Assembly: GCA_028023455.1 (NCBI GenBank)
Contig: JAQFVV010000002.1
Coordinates: forward strand, 13,640,001-13,704,000
DNA length: 64,000 bases
DNA from: Epiperipatus broadwayi
Taxonomy: Eukaryota; Animalia; Onychophora
Reading direction: 5' to 3'
Shown here: in pieces, positions 13,364-26,700 of the stretch
Layout: each line of letters starts with the position of its first letter
Position numbering within the stretch: position 1 is the stretch's first letter
Notes under the pieces: generated by a model
Seen by the model: the letters and a program-made list of their open reading frames with translations, nothing else
Databases searched by the model: none
Told to the model about the DNA's origin: nothing
Translations under genes and position numbers: made by a program

Positions 13364-13540
13364 TTGGTCTCAGGGTGGCCTTCGCGCATTCCATCATCAG
13401 ATTTTTAATTGGATGGACGGTTGAAGAGTTGGAGTATGTAGTAGATTGGAGCCTGTCCATTAAAGTATGAAGATTGTCTATCTTAAAATATATCTGAGCA
13501 CTTATAGTATATATGTGTGGGAGATGATAATCTGGACCAA

Positions 13541-13574
13541 CTGATGATTGCTGGTTTAGCATCAAATACGTATA
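13541..13574 (+). ncRNA. Type I hammerhead ribozyme core (family B), G12-to-C inactivated
   Basis: CTGATGA-T-TGCT(GGTTT)AGCA-T-CAAA-TACGTAT-A; palindromic helix III ATACGTAT; bulged helix I extension GATAATC/GATTATT (13526-13586). Confidence 0.7.
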
Positions 13575-15980
13575 TTGGTGATTATTTATCTTTTCAGCAT
13601 ATATGTGCTTGAGTGTATCAGTGTTATTAGATAGAGTGGAGAGTGATGGGTCATCTGAAAGTCTCTGCTCATATACCCTATGTATTAAAGAAAAAATGTA
13701 AACTTTTTTATAATTAATGATTCTATTTAAATCATGAAGAAAATGTTTTTAAAAAATTCAAGATTTGAAAATATATTATTTTGAAAGAAAAATATGGTTT
13801 ATGTTGTATGAAGATTTAATAAATGATAATAAAGGCTTTCTTTTTACATGTTCAGAGGCAATTCCTTCACAATAGAAGCTTAAAGTATATACGATGACGT
13901 CCATCACACATGAAATTTCTCCACACAAGTAAGTCTCTTTTTGCACTTGGCTGGGATAGATTAATTGTCCAATTTCTTTTCTTCTGATTGTTTCCTATTT
14001 CTGATTTTTCTGATAGGATAATAAATTAATTTCTTATGTTACATCCTTAACTGTGTAATTTTACTTTTAATTAGTTCTATTGACTTATTTTTAGATTCTT
14101 GTGTGGTTACTAATGGACGAATCTGGAACTCCACAATCATTTAATTATTTTAGGTCTACATATATGTAGTGAAGGAATTTCATTACTTATCTCTAGACAT
14201 TTAATTAATTACTATTTCAGCTACTTAGAAATTCTTTCTGATCTCATTTTATTATTTATTATTTTTTAAGGTTTACTAATCTTTGAAATACTAGATTTTA
14301 ATTTAATGAGTATATCTATTTATATATATACAGCATTTTTTTTTTTTTTTGGTTAACTTATAGTTGAAATCATATAATTTGATTCTAGTATAGTTTATGG
14401 CTTCACGGTAGTAAGAATATTAAAGAAATTTCAAAATAATGTACTACCTGATATAATATCAAATTTAATAAAAGATTAAATCTAAATAGAAAATCTATTT
14501 GCTTTGTGAAAATAATGAAGAAAGATTTTTATGCTTATCAGATGAATGTCAAACTTTCTGACATTTAAAACAATAGGCCTTCCACACACCACTGACGAAT
14601 TTAAAAGGACAAATAGAAAAAACAAATTTCAGTATGTGCTAAATACTTTGTTGTGTGTTTAGGTTTGATGTCATTTCGACAGCTATTAGTGCCATCTGAT
14701 TGGCTGTCAGTTAAGTATTGTAACGAGCGCTAGAGATTTGTAGTATCTCGATTTATTTCAAGTATGTGCTAAATAAAATCAATGTTTCATATGATGTGAC
14801 TGTTTTTGATAACAGGAAATACAATCGCCTTAGGAATCCGAATAATAATTTGAACAAATACTTTTATAAACTGCATAAAGATATCTCCCAAACAGATGAT
14901 GTAAACAATGTAGACAAATGTGCATTAAAAACATATTTAGGTCAAAGGTACAATAATAAAAAACATGGCAATATGTATAATTGTAAATAATCAAATTTTA
15001 AAAAATATTTTGTAAATAAAAAATTTGTTCAAATATAAAAGAAAAATTCGTTGTTTTCTTCCATTTCATTGCCTGTGCATCTGTAGGGTTAATAGATGGG
15101 GGTGGACTCTGGAGTTTAGAAGTTTCTTCCACCTCAGATTTTTATGAATTCCTGAACAATAAACCATTCAATTATTTTATTGTTGGTGGAGGGCAAACTA
15201 CTTTCAATCAGACACAATTTTTTTGAAGATTAAATAAATATCTTTGCACATTATTCTTTTAAAGGTAAAATGTTTAATTTTTTTTGGTAGAAAAGATGTC
15301 ATAAACCATCTTCATAATTATAAGTAATTGGGAATGTTTAATATATATAATGGTTTCCTATAACGGCAAAGAAAAAAGTGCATTTGTTAATTCTGATTCA
15401 AGATCAGCATCAATAACTTAGATTCTTCATGTTATTATTCTTGCTGAGAATCGGATTCTATATTTGTTGTGATTGCTGTTGTTTTTTGTTCTTATTTTTA
15501 GACTCAGAAGTTAATATAGTATGACTTTATTTTTACTATTGTTTTTACTTAAAATGAGCAATTTTAAAAATATGCAGTATCCTGAGGTATCTTCTCACAA
15601 CCCATTGACTTTTTCCAGAAAGATTTAGACTTGGATGAGCAGACTGCCAGCTGAATATACAGCTGATTATTGAATTTCTGTTTTAAAATTTACATAACTT
15701 ATGAAGCTCCACATTTATTTTATTGTTCAGTCAGGCAGAGAATGACACATTTTTTTTTAATAATATTTATAATAATACAATCATTTCCAGAGAACCAGTT
15801 AAAAATTTTTTTTAGTAAACCTAAGAACAGATTCACAGAGCATTTTTTAAAAGAATACCATGATAAGCATTTACTTAATAAAACAAATGGTTATCAGAGT
15901 CCCAATTCTAAGAGGAATATTTTTTTGAGATGGGAAAGTTTTAATGCAACTATCATGTTTAACCTTAGAATATTCTAATC

Positions 15981-17580
15981 CAGCGTTTCCCAACCTGTGG
16001 TACACGTACCACTGGTGGTACGCGAGTTGCTGGTTGGTAGTACACGAAAAATAATCAATAATGGCAGACATAAAAAAAAAAAATCATAAAAATATAGAAA
16101 CGTTTTTTCCTATAATTCATAAAAATTATTTTAATTAATATTATACAGTAAAGTTGTTTATATGTACAGTCGATAACGATCTTTAATGTTAATGATAAAA
16201 TTGAAAGTATGATTAAGAAATTAGATTTTTGGAAACAGTAATATATATAAGTATCGAAAACAATCAACTGGAAGTATGCGAAACTCTACATATTTTTTTG
16301 TTTGAAAATAAGGTTAGTCTGTCTCAAGATATACGAGAAAATATAATAGCACATTTAACAGGATTAAAATTGTCTTTCATGGAATATTTTCCAAAACCCG
16401 AAAACACAAATTATCATTGGAGTTCAAACCCCTTCTATGCAGAAAATTTAGAAAAAGCTACATCATTATCAATAAAGGATGAAAAAAAATTAATATAATT
16501 ATCATGTGACAGAACTTTACAAGTAGAATTCAAACGACACAATCTAATTAATTTTTGGTTAAACATTAAAGAATATGAACAACTTTCTGAGAAAGCTCTT
16601 AAATTATTATTACCGTTTACTAGTACAGAATTAATAGGAAGAGCTTTTTCTTCATATATTTTTTTAAAAAATAAGTATCGAAACAGATTGAATGCAGCTG
16701 TAGACTTAAGGGTATACCTCGCATCTTTTGAATCAAATTTCAAAAAATTATGTTGTTCGAAACAAGCACAAAGATCTCATTAAATTTATTTTATAAACAT
16801 ATTTGATTATGATAAGAAAATATATTAATTGGTTTTTTATAATTTTGTGTTTTTATTAAAACCATTTATTAGTTAGTAAATGAAATCATGACAAAATAGT
16901 AGATAAAGAATGAGTCGGATCAAGGCAAATCAATCCAAATATTTAATTTGAAAGAATGTATCAGAAAAGGATCATACCCAGAAATTAGATTCTCATTAAT
17001 TCTTGATCATCTATTGTGGATTACTAGATGTAAGCTAGTATTTAATCATCAAAATTTTAATCCCATTAACTTCATGCTGAACAATATAAAGAAAACAAGA
17101 ACAAAAAATAGCCTGATAACCCCTGAGGTTATTTTTACCATGACTTGGGACATGCTGGATTTATCCTCTCCATGATGCTCCGAAAAAGAGAAAACAGACT
17201 CAAATTTGGGAAAACCAAATGAAGGAATAAGAAAACACTTTGAACAAGATATGTACCAAATAACCTTTAATGTAATAATGTAATCTTTAATAAATTATTT
17301 TGGAAAAAATATGAAACTTTGAATAAACACATACATATAAATATGTTACAGTGCATTTATAATTTCAGTGAGTTTATAATCTGGCATGACATTTAGGTGT
17401 GTTACAATGTAATTTGTCTCATTATGAGATGTGAATACATACATGGTCACCCTATAATATTTATAACGCAAATAAAATAACACACTCGCAATAACAAATT
17501 TCACAAAATACAATCATTTTTATGAAGTGGTACAATTTAGCATGATGTACTACCAAATGGTACATGAGCCAAAAAAGGTT
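15981..17580 (+). mobile_element. hAT (Buster/Charlie-type) DNA transposon deletion derivative
   Basis: Left TIR CAGCGTTTCCCAACCT after a NNNTANNN site (ttctaatc); right end ggtacatgagccaaaaaaggtt has a truncated TIR; contains the transposase C-terminus. Confidence 0.8.
16229..16783 (+). pseudogene. hAT transposase C-terminal dimerisation domain (ZBED5/SCAND3-like)
   Basis: ...NPFYAENLE...LI*LSCDRTLQVEFKRHNLINFWLNIKEYEQLSEKALKLLLPFTSTELIGRAFSSYIFLKNKYRNRLNAAVDLRVYL...SH*. Confidence 0.85.
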
Positions 17581-17599
17581 ACATTATCCCTTCAGCAAT

Positions 17600-18130
17600 C
17601 TGCATTAATTAACTGCAATGTTCTCCTTTTTTATTCACATGCTAAATACAATAAAATCTCGAAGATGTTATTGCTTTGAATATGGATACATCTTACTTTC
17701 TGGTGATTTTCCCATCTAGAAAAGTGTTCATGAATGTCAATATATGTAATATGCAAAATCTTAGTAAAACAAAACATTTCAGTTCAGAATAGCCGTATCA
17801 TTATTTCCATTACACCTACCATTATTTCCAAATATACCATGTTTTTATATCATTATTAATATTAGAACTATTTCTCTCACATAAAACAGCAATCTTTAAA
17901 GCAAAGTGACTTAGAAAGATTTGCAAGATAATCCATTTTAGGTTAGTCTTTGTTGGGTGAGATTAATTGTGAGCAAGTGATTCCTAATACTCAAGATTTC
18001 TTAGAATTACAATCATTTTCCAAGTAAATTCTTGCCTTAAATCTCTTTATTGATTGTACAGCCTTATGTAAGAACTACTAATCTATTACATCAGTCATTG
18101 TAGTTATTTTATGAATATTGAGAGATTTGC
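17600..18130 (-). mobile_element. Possible Gypsy integrase remnant
   Basis: CKSLNIHKITT resembles the integrase core C..LGI.KI.TT; remainder too decayed to read. Confidence 0.25.
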
Positions 18131-18289
18131 ATACCTCTATACAAAAAAAAGATTATAATTATTATTGATTTTTTGTGTAATTAAAGAATGGAATTGTGGT
18201 TTACACATATACACGACCACATTTTAAAAACAAAATCCATGAAAAATGAGATATGGCATTAAAAGTTCATGTTTGATTGACTCCCTTGC

Positions 18290-18640
18290 TAACCTAAGCA
18301 ATGAAGATAGGTGAGGCTCCAGTAAAATATCTTACCAGTGTAGAAAAGTACTTTAAAATAAATTTGATAGAACAAGTAGCAGATTTATCAAATGCAATTG
18401 ATACAACCAACAAAATAAACCTATGGAAAAGGCTGGGGAGAACATAGGTATAAACTGGAATGGAAGTGTTCAAAGACAAACCCAATGGCATAGGAAGGCT
18501 CAGCATAGGAGTCGAGGTTCTGAAACATATGTGAAGTATACCAAAAGCAACGGTGACGATAATGGACATAAATACGTACATGGGTAAGGGATTCAGACCT
18601 TCGACACCTAAATCAACGTCAAGAAAAACTTAAAATATTG
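18290..18640 (+). mobile_element. LINE RT C-terminal (thumb) remnant
   Basis: VKYLTSVEKYFKINLIEQVADLSNAIDTTNKINLWKRLGRT*...MEVFK resembles VKYLG..FD..L.W..H...LWKRL.GTTWG. Confidence 0.45.
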
Positions 18641-18997
18641 AGGTGGCGGTTGTGGTCATGGGTATGATTGATGTCGTTTTAGTTAGTTAACTTTGGAAGT
18701 TCTGTTTTTGGTCTTTTCTTCAGGGTTGTGAATGTAGAGAAAAGGATTGAAAGTTTGCTGACAGTACTTACATTGAATGTACTAAAATGTACCATTTAAT
18801 TCCACTAAAAATTACATGCAGAAACACCCAGACTAATTTAAAACATAGCAGAGGAACAATGAACTCTGGGACATTCAATTCAGTGTGCATAAAGTCCTAA
18901 TAAGTCTAAGTATGAAAAATAGCAAGGATGCAGTTACTGAAATTTTCCGTGAACAAGTTGTGTTGGCTTATATGTAAATGCCTGTAAGTCTCATTAA

Positions 18998-19575
18998 AAG
19001 ATACGAGCGGGGACATATATAGCGAACATAGATAAATAACAGTATTATTATTATTAATTTTTGGGCATATATACTGTGTGTTTGTGGGTTAGCTACTGTT
19101 GGGCAAATAAATGGTGTTCTGCTCATGTTTGAATCGGAACTCGGAGGGGGGGTGTCTGAAATAGGGCTTCTCTTTGTTGGACTGAGATAGAGGGTTTTTT
19201 TTTGACTAGCACAGGTGGCTGTCAACCATTACATTCAATAGATTTTTTTTTAGTATTATTGTATATAGCTAAATATAACTTAGTATAATCTATGAGTTTG
19301 ATTTTCGTTATTAATGACACAACTGTATATATATAGTTAAGTATAAACTAATATTTTTTTTTACATATATAATAAACTAGTATATTCTTTAGTATTAGAT
19401 ATAACTTAGTATATCCCTTAAGATTTTTATTTTCGTTATTAATAACACTCGTATATAGTCGACTATATAAACTAATATTTCGTTTTAAATTTGTAATGAA
19501 CTATTATATTTATCAATAATATTAAATATAGGTAAAAGTAATTTAATATAGACTTTAAATGGTTAACCCATTTAG
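18998..19575. mobile_element. 578-bp unclassified insertion with 12-bp TSD
   Basis: aagtctcattaa at 18986-18997 and 19576-19587; internal ~125-bp degenerate duplication. Confidence 0.6.
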
Positions 19576-19585
19576 AAGTCTCATT

Positions 19586-19796
19586 AAGGGAGGGGGGTAT
19601 TGTGACAGTCAGTCTTAAATGACTGCCACAAAGATGGCTGCAAGCATAGTTGCAGCCCAAACAAATGCACATATTATAATAAAAGGAGTGGTCTGTGCAG
19701 GTATATTTTCTCTGTTGCTTACACACACACTATATTGTAAATAAATAGGATGAATGGTGATAATACGCTTATAAATAAACAAATGCGAACACCACA
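19586..19796 (+). mobile_element. Polypurine tract plus short 3' LTR
   Basis: aagggagggggg followed by TGTGACAG...ACCACA (19601-19796) with TG..CA inverted termini and AATAAA. Confidence 0.55.
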
Positions 19797-21307
19797 TATA
19801 AATATGTATTTTGCTGTTAATAAATGCTATATATATATTTTTATTTATGATGTGAATAAATATGGTAGGGCATTAAAGAAATTATTGTGGGAAACTGAAA
19901 TGTATTTGCAAGTAACCCAACAGTAAACATGTTTTATTTTGATTTTATTTTAGATTCTCAAATGTTGTATTTTTTTTTCTGTTGCTTGTTGAATATTCTT
20001 TTTGGAAAACTTAAAAACAATTTTTATGTGACAACAAGTATACAGTTTAAGTTTTATAATTTTTTTTTTAGAACTTAATGTTCATGACCGCAGGCAAGCC
20101 AATGACCTCTTTCTTTTATTGTATAATGTTTTTGGAAAAAAATGTAGAAATTGTATCAGTGATCATTCGGCTTGACACCTACTCAAAATTATTTAATTAA
20201 ATAAATGTGATTTTATTTTATTGTTTAAAGAAATCAAGGGATTGGAATTTAAATGGTCTGTGAAATTCTGAAATTAATTAAAAGATAAAGTTATCGTAAG
20301 ACAAATTTTTTCCAAGCAGATAGCTAAAATTAAATCCATTGTTTGGACTTAAATAATTAAAAACAGGGATTAATAATTTAATTAAAAACAGAAATGTAAA
20401 AGCAATAACTTGTGGAGGGGAAGAGATAATACACCATGTAATGGGGGGGATATATAAAGGCTGGTCAGGTGAAATTGGGTTAGTTAGCTGGGTTATATTC
20501 GTTGATACTCACTCGGGCACTCTTACCCGTTCTCTGGTAGTTGGCAGTATAGTTTTCAGAGTGGACAGTCGGAAAAGCAGAATTATGAGTGTAGAAAACT
20601 ATTTTTTCGGAATGCTGAACAAATGAAAGAGTTATTAATAGCTGAACGTATTTTAAAAGTTGCAGACCAAGAAGTATGAGACTTATGGATTAAGAAAGAA
20701 AATACAATTGAAATTATTATTATCAGATACATTTCCTAATAAGTATTAACCGAAGGGAGAAAGAATACTGCCCAATTAAACAAAAGAAAGTGAAATTTAA
20801 GCTAATGTTTTATATCACTAAGGGAATGGAATCAAGATTTATTTGTGATACAGCAATGGACATGGAGTAGAAGACCAAGTTCGGTACATTTGCACTGCTC
20901 GAAGACCTACATAGCCATCCAGTGATGTGATTTTCTATTTCATAAAGTGTAGCTGCTATGGACAATTTGCCAACCTCTGTTGAAGCCCTGTTAAGTAATC
21001 ACCTGCACAGCAGATATATATCACCCTCAAAATCCTAGCCCGGAGAAGAACGAAACCTTCGGGAAGTATTATTTATGTTTTTATATCTATTTTTTATGTC
21101 TTATTACGAGTAATTCGTTATTTTATTAATATTGCTATTATTAAACGAACCAATGAATTGCGTAATTCAGTTATAAATCTCTCTTTTGTAATTTTAACAT
21201 TAAAGGTACACGTAATTCATTGGAGTACCGGAAATATTTCAAAATAGTTAAACAGAAATAATCGGGGTCATTTGGTCATTGGATGTATGTGTTTCGCCAT
21301 GTAATCA

Positions 21308-21599
21308 TAGTAAATTTATTCCATCCGCTACATGCAGGATAGTTTTCATAAGGAATAAAAGTGTGTAGGAAAGTGTTCCAAATAATTATTATTGTCCGCT
21401 ACGCGCAGGACTTCTATTATGGAACTTTTAAGATTCAAATTGTAGTTTAGCACGAGTTTGTTCCCCTAGTAAATTTATTCCATCTGCTACATGCAGGATT
21501 GTTTCCATAAGGAATAAAAGTGTGTTAGAAAGTGTTCCAAATAATTATTATTGTCCGCCATGTGCAGGACTCCTATTATGGAACGTTTAAGATTCAAAT
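21308..21599. repeat. 159-bp-period duplication with four ccgctacatgcagga-like subrepeats
   Basis: tagtaaatttattccatc at 21308 and 21467. Confidence 0.85.
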
Positions 21600-22344
21600 A
21601 TCATTAACTCGTGGCTAAATCATTATTTTAACTTAAACAAAGTTATAGATCACCACAAGTAGAAGGGTGAATGTCATTTTTTATTTATTATGAAACACAT
21701 GCATACCATGGCCAATACACATTGTTTTCGTTTAAGTAATTTATTCCAAGTTTTAAGTTTAAAGTGTAAGCAGGGGAGAATTTCAGACCATTCCTTTCCC
21801 ATTTATGAGACTATTTAAAATTTATTTATACGCTTGAATTTTAATTAATATCGTTTATGTGTGTGTTTATTCTCTTCTTTATTCTGTAAATATTTATATA
21901 ATCATAGAGGGCTTAATAAATTTAACATATAATTTTAAAGTATGGCCTTGTGCTGTGTATTTGATAAAGACATTATTGTTTGACCTTTTCTGTTAACAAA
22001 GCAACAAACCACCATCCTGAGATCATGAGTTGATTGAGCTAGTCAGGGATTAAACTTACCGGGATCGGAAATCATTCATTAGGCATTCACTTTTCTATTG
22101 ATTTTATATATAAAAAAAGAAAATATAAGAGAATATAACTCTTTATTAATTACATGATCATATCCCTTGGGGAGGGGAGCAATCTCTTTCTTAAGGTGGC
22201 GTGCAAAGGTTGCAGTAAACGAACCTTTCAAAGGTATGATTATAGTAATGTATATTTTGGATGCCTTTGAATATTTCTTAATTGCTGCTCATGTTAGAAA
22301 ACGCATGCATATAGAAAAGTAGGCAGTGACCGTTACAGTAAAAA

Positions 22345-22362
22345 TGGCACCCAACATGGGGC
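22345..22362 (+). promoter_or_regulatory. LTR-retrotransposon primer-binding site, tRNA-Lys(CTT)
   Basis: TGGCACCCAACATGGGGC vs canonical TGGCGCCCAACGTGGGGC (two CpG-to-CpA changes), shortly after ...cgttaca. Confidence 0.7.
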
Positions 22363-23128
22363 CATATATATATCTGCTGTGCAGGTGATTACTTAACAGG
22401 GCTCCAATGGAGGTTATTAAATAGTCCATAGCAGCTATGTTGGAGTTTTGTATATAAATGTATGTATATGTTCAGTATTGAGATAAAAAATAAAGTTTTC
22501 GAAAAGAAAAAAGAAGGATTTTTTATTTGTTGATATTATTGTAGAACATATATATTTTAAAAGAAAAAGTGGACGTACCTTTGCTGTGTTATTATATATG
22601 ATAAAAAGAAAAATGAAAAAAAACATAAGAAAGACACAAAAAAGATTACTCTTTTAATATTGGAAACAGTAAATATTTCTAGATGCCTCAATGTTGTATT
22701 CTACAAGATAGCACAAATATTCTTGCTCAAAGATAGATTATTCATAGTTCTCATATCTGATCATTCTTTTATCTGCCAATTATAGATCATGTTGCCTTTA
22801 ATTACAATGCTTATCAGAAATCAGAATAGGCTAGAATCTTATTACATATAAAGCAAATAAGTTTTATAAGCCTTGTATACAATTCAGAAGTAAGTCATTA
22901 GATATTGTAATGGAAATTAAGGAAGTCAAGCATGTAACTGATATTATTTGAGTTGGATATGATACTGGCTGATTTATAACCCCAGTTGAGCTGCTATATT
23001 TAACAGAATACATGGTTTATATATATATATAATAAAAGAAAAACAATTATTTCTAATAATTAAAGCAGCTTTATAGAGAAGTAATTGTACGTTGTTTTTT
23101 TTTATTAGTATTTTTTTATATTTCCTTG

Positions 23129-23388
<260 letters not shown>

Positions 23389-23394
23389 TAGAAG

Positions 23395-23690
23395 GGATCT
23401 GAACTAAGACTTTCAAGCTCCCTACCACTATCCATTCCATCTTATATAACTGATACACATGACCACACACAAGTGAAGAAGATAAATGTTTCCAATATAT
23501 GTATTTCATGCTGAACCAGTCCATCCCACACGCATATATAATCAGTGCTCAGTTTATTTATTAAGATAGCAAATCTTTAATGGACAGTCTTCAATCTTCT
23601 CGACCCTCCAACTCTTCAGTTATCCATATCATTGAAAATCTGATAAAGAAATACTCAATGCCCTTGTTGATGCCAATATTGTTGACATAC
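23395..23690 (-). mobile_element. Diverged single copy of HHR family B (5' half of core deleted)
   Basis: Colinear with 13370-13681; retains CTGGTTCAGCA-T-GAAA-TACATAT-A-TTGG (23492-23519) but lacks CTGATGA. Confidence 0.7.
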
Positions 23691-23902
23691 TCATGTTGAA
23701 TTACCCATGCAAACCAAAATATAGGATTTGAACATGATTTCTTAACCTTAAAATTAATACAAGTTTTTAAAACATTTTAATGGTTAAATTAGGAATAATT
23801 TAATATTATTCAATTGAAAAATGCATTATTTATCATCTACATTACCAATTATTTAACAATGTAAGAACTTTAGCATGAGAAACACTTATTTAAGCTTAAA
23901 AC

Positions 23903-24602
23903 TATTGAAATTAAGTTGAGAGACTGTAAACCTCTCGTGCTCATTACTATCTAATCTAACAGCCAATCAGATCATAAATACAAGACAGAGAATTTAACAA
24001 GAATAGGGCAGTCCACCCTATTCTTTACTTGTCTTTCTATATATCCAAGCCAGTCTAAAGTACTTAGATCTGAAAGCATGAATATTAAATATCTTCACAC
24101 TTAACTCACTGAGTTTAAATTACAAACAAAAGTAAAAAATAGGGTGGACCGCCCTATTCTTGTTAAATTCTCTGTCTTATATTTATGATCTGATTGGCTG
24201 TTAGATAGTAATGAGCATGAGAGGTTTGCAGTCTCTCAACTTAATTTCAATACTGTTTGTGCTTTATAAAAATAAATATTATTTACATACATTACTGCAT
24301 GTTATAACATCTAAAAACTACTGCATAGTAAATCGTAGGATTTCACGCTGTATGTTTGTAATTTAAACTCAGTGAATTAAGTGTGAAGATATTTAATATT
24401 CACACTTTCAGATCTAAGTACTTTAGACTGGCTTGGATATATAGAAAGACAAGTAAAGAATAGGGTGGACTGTCCTATTCTTGTTAAATTCTCTGTCTTG
24501 TATTTATGATCTGATTGGTTAGATAGTAATGAGTGCGAGAGGTTTGCAGTCTCTCAACTTAATTTCAATACTGTTTGCGCTTTATAAAAATAAATATTAC
24601 TT
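23903..24602. mobile_element. 321-bp unit: inverted 0.7 copy plus 1.5 tandem copies, 12-bp TSD
   Basis: 23903-24128 is the reverse complement of part of 24130-24602; agggtggac at 24141 and 24462 (period 321); cttaaaactatt at 23895-23906 and 24600-24611. Confidence 0.9.
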
Positions 24603-24999
24603 AAAACTATTATAATTTAAGCTGTATGAAAATTATTTTACAGCTGTATAATGGATAAAATACTGATATAGTAACTTTTATATGTAAAAATTATGGCATT
24701 ACAAAGCACTAATAAAAATCTATTAATGACAGAATTAAACAATATAAATTTTTTTTTAGATATCTTGGCACATAATTTGATTTGGCATTTAGCTTTTGCC
24801 AAAGCTAAAGATCACAATTTCCTGGAACTTATAGAGGGGGGGGGTTTAAACACCACCAATTTTAATTAGTACATTACAATAAACTTTAAAAACAATACAT
24901 TAGAAAAACTTCATCATCATTACCAGATGACCAAGTACCATAAATTTTAATTTATATTTATGCTAATAATCCATTTAATACAAAATACATTCATTTATC

Positions 25000-26700
25000 C
25001 ATCTTTTCCAGTGGGACAAATTTTAGATTTTGTACATAGAAACATTGCACTATTGTTTTGAGTTAATTTATTAATTATATAGAATTGCTCTATAAGTGAC
25101 ACCTTCATCTTGCTCTTAATTATCCTACCTACCAATAACATTGCAATAATAACTAAATCCAACAAAACAAACTTCTTAAATATAGATTTCAACCCACACT
25201 TTATTTTTGCATCTTCTGACAGTTTCTTTTTAATAGGACATTGACTAAATACAACAAATTTCTGAAAATTTTCACTTTCAGGTGAAATCTTGCACTGAGG
25301 CATAGTTACTTTAGGTGCTAGAACATCATCTAAAGAAAACTGTTTTTTAATATTAATTTCCACCTCTATTGGCCTATGATTCTTTCTAACAATATCAAAA
25401 TTGATTCTCTCACATCTCTTAATTCTTTAAAGTTTTCATTAACATTATGATATTTAAAATTTAGACTCATATTATCGAACAAAACCTCAAGACATTTTTT
25501 TGCTCTTGCTTAAATTTGTTCAGTTGCTGAGTAAGATCATTTTTCTAATCTACTTCATGATCAGAAAAAACACCAATTTTATTATGTATTTCTATTCAAT
25601 CCTATTGTACCTGCTTGTGTATTTGTCTAAATAAACTGTAAAATTTTTAATTTCTTTTATTTCTGATTAGATTCCTGCATTACATCAACCATTTTCTGTT
25701 TACTTCTTTCATATTTAAAGTAATTTGCAAATGTATATTTTGCCCAACTTTCAATAATTTTACCCGTGTATTTTTCTGGCACTTTTCACTATCTTTATTC
25801 AACTCAATATATTTTTTATCTGTTCAACTAAAATGATACTCTAACTCAAACCTAAAATTTTCAACTACTTGGTTAGATTGAACTTCAATAGTTCTCATTT
25901 TACTGCTCATATCTATATGTTCAACTAACTTTTCACTAGTTTCCTCTATTTTGGATCACAAATTACTAAATTTAATGTCAAATTCACTCTGATATTGTAA
26001 TAAACAATTTTTAATGCCATTTAGCATTTCATCTGAGTCTAGCTTAACTAACTTACAATTTAATTCCATGGCTTCAAATCTCCGATTTATAATAACCTTA
26101 GTTTCCTCTTTATTTTTTGTTAACTTATATTCTAATTCCCCTCTAATGCTAATTTGAAGCTGTTCCTGTGATTCTGTTAATAATCTATTACTTAAACCAA
26201 TTTATTTAATTTACAATTTCTATCCTCAAATTTACTCTCCAAAGATTCTTTAATCTATTTTTGTGACTCATATCTATATGTTCAACTAACTTTTCACTAG
26301 TTTCCTCTATTTTGGATCACAAATTACTAAACTTAATGTCAAATTCATTCTGATATTGTAATAAACAATTTTTAATGCCATTTAGCATTTCATCCGAGTC
26401 TAGCTTAACTAACTTACAATTTAATTCCATGGCTTCAAATCTCCAATTTATAATAACCTTAGTTTCCTCTTTATTTTTTGTTAACTTATATTCTAATTCC
26501 CCTCTAATGCTAATTTGAAGCTGTTCCTGTGATTCTGTTAATAATCTATTATTTAAACCAATTTATTTAATTTACAATTTCTATCCTCAAATTTACTCTC
26601 CAAAGATTCTTTAATCTATTTTTGTGACAATTCAAAAAATTCTAAAGGTGAGATTCTTTCATCTTATTAATCTCTTTATTCTGAATTTCAAATTTATTAA
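25000..26700 (-). mobile_element. Possible decayed LTR-retrotransposon gag-like region
   Basis: Coiled-coil-like K/E-rich translations, KVPEKYTGK and NKFKQEQKMS resemble retrotransposon gag motifs; many stops. Confidence 0.3.
25906..26628. repeat. 361-bp tandem duplication
   Basis: ctcatatctatatg at 25906 and 26267; near-identical copies. Confidence 0.95.

Larger units (their letters stand above)
13223..13681. mobile_element. HHR repeat family B, head-to-head insertion (147-bp inverted arms)
   Basis: 13223-13369 is the near-perfect reverse complement of 13535-13681; the spacer plus right arm is colinear with the copy at 23395-23690. Confidence 0.85.
20950..22436. mobile_element. Non-autonomous TIR-bounded element with ~70-bp terminal inverted repeats
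   Basis: 20950-21021 is the reverse complement (~85%) of 22364-22436; both ends are TA. Confidence 0.6.

Noticed and set aside
13405-13460. Additional HHR in the family B spacer (ATGGACGG-TTGAAGA...CTGTCCAT)
   Set aside because: A helix I-like pairing exists, but there is no helix II or GAAA in either copy
13856-13928. Candidate host exon (ttcag...CAAgtaagt)
   Set aside because: All three frames have stops apart from a short ATG-initiated tail; I found no partner exons or protein similarity
16880-17260. ORF 16948-17175 as a gene
   Set aside because: It is short and lies inside a hAT derivative; at most a LINE 3' fragment, with no diagnostic motif
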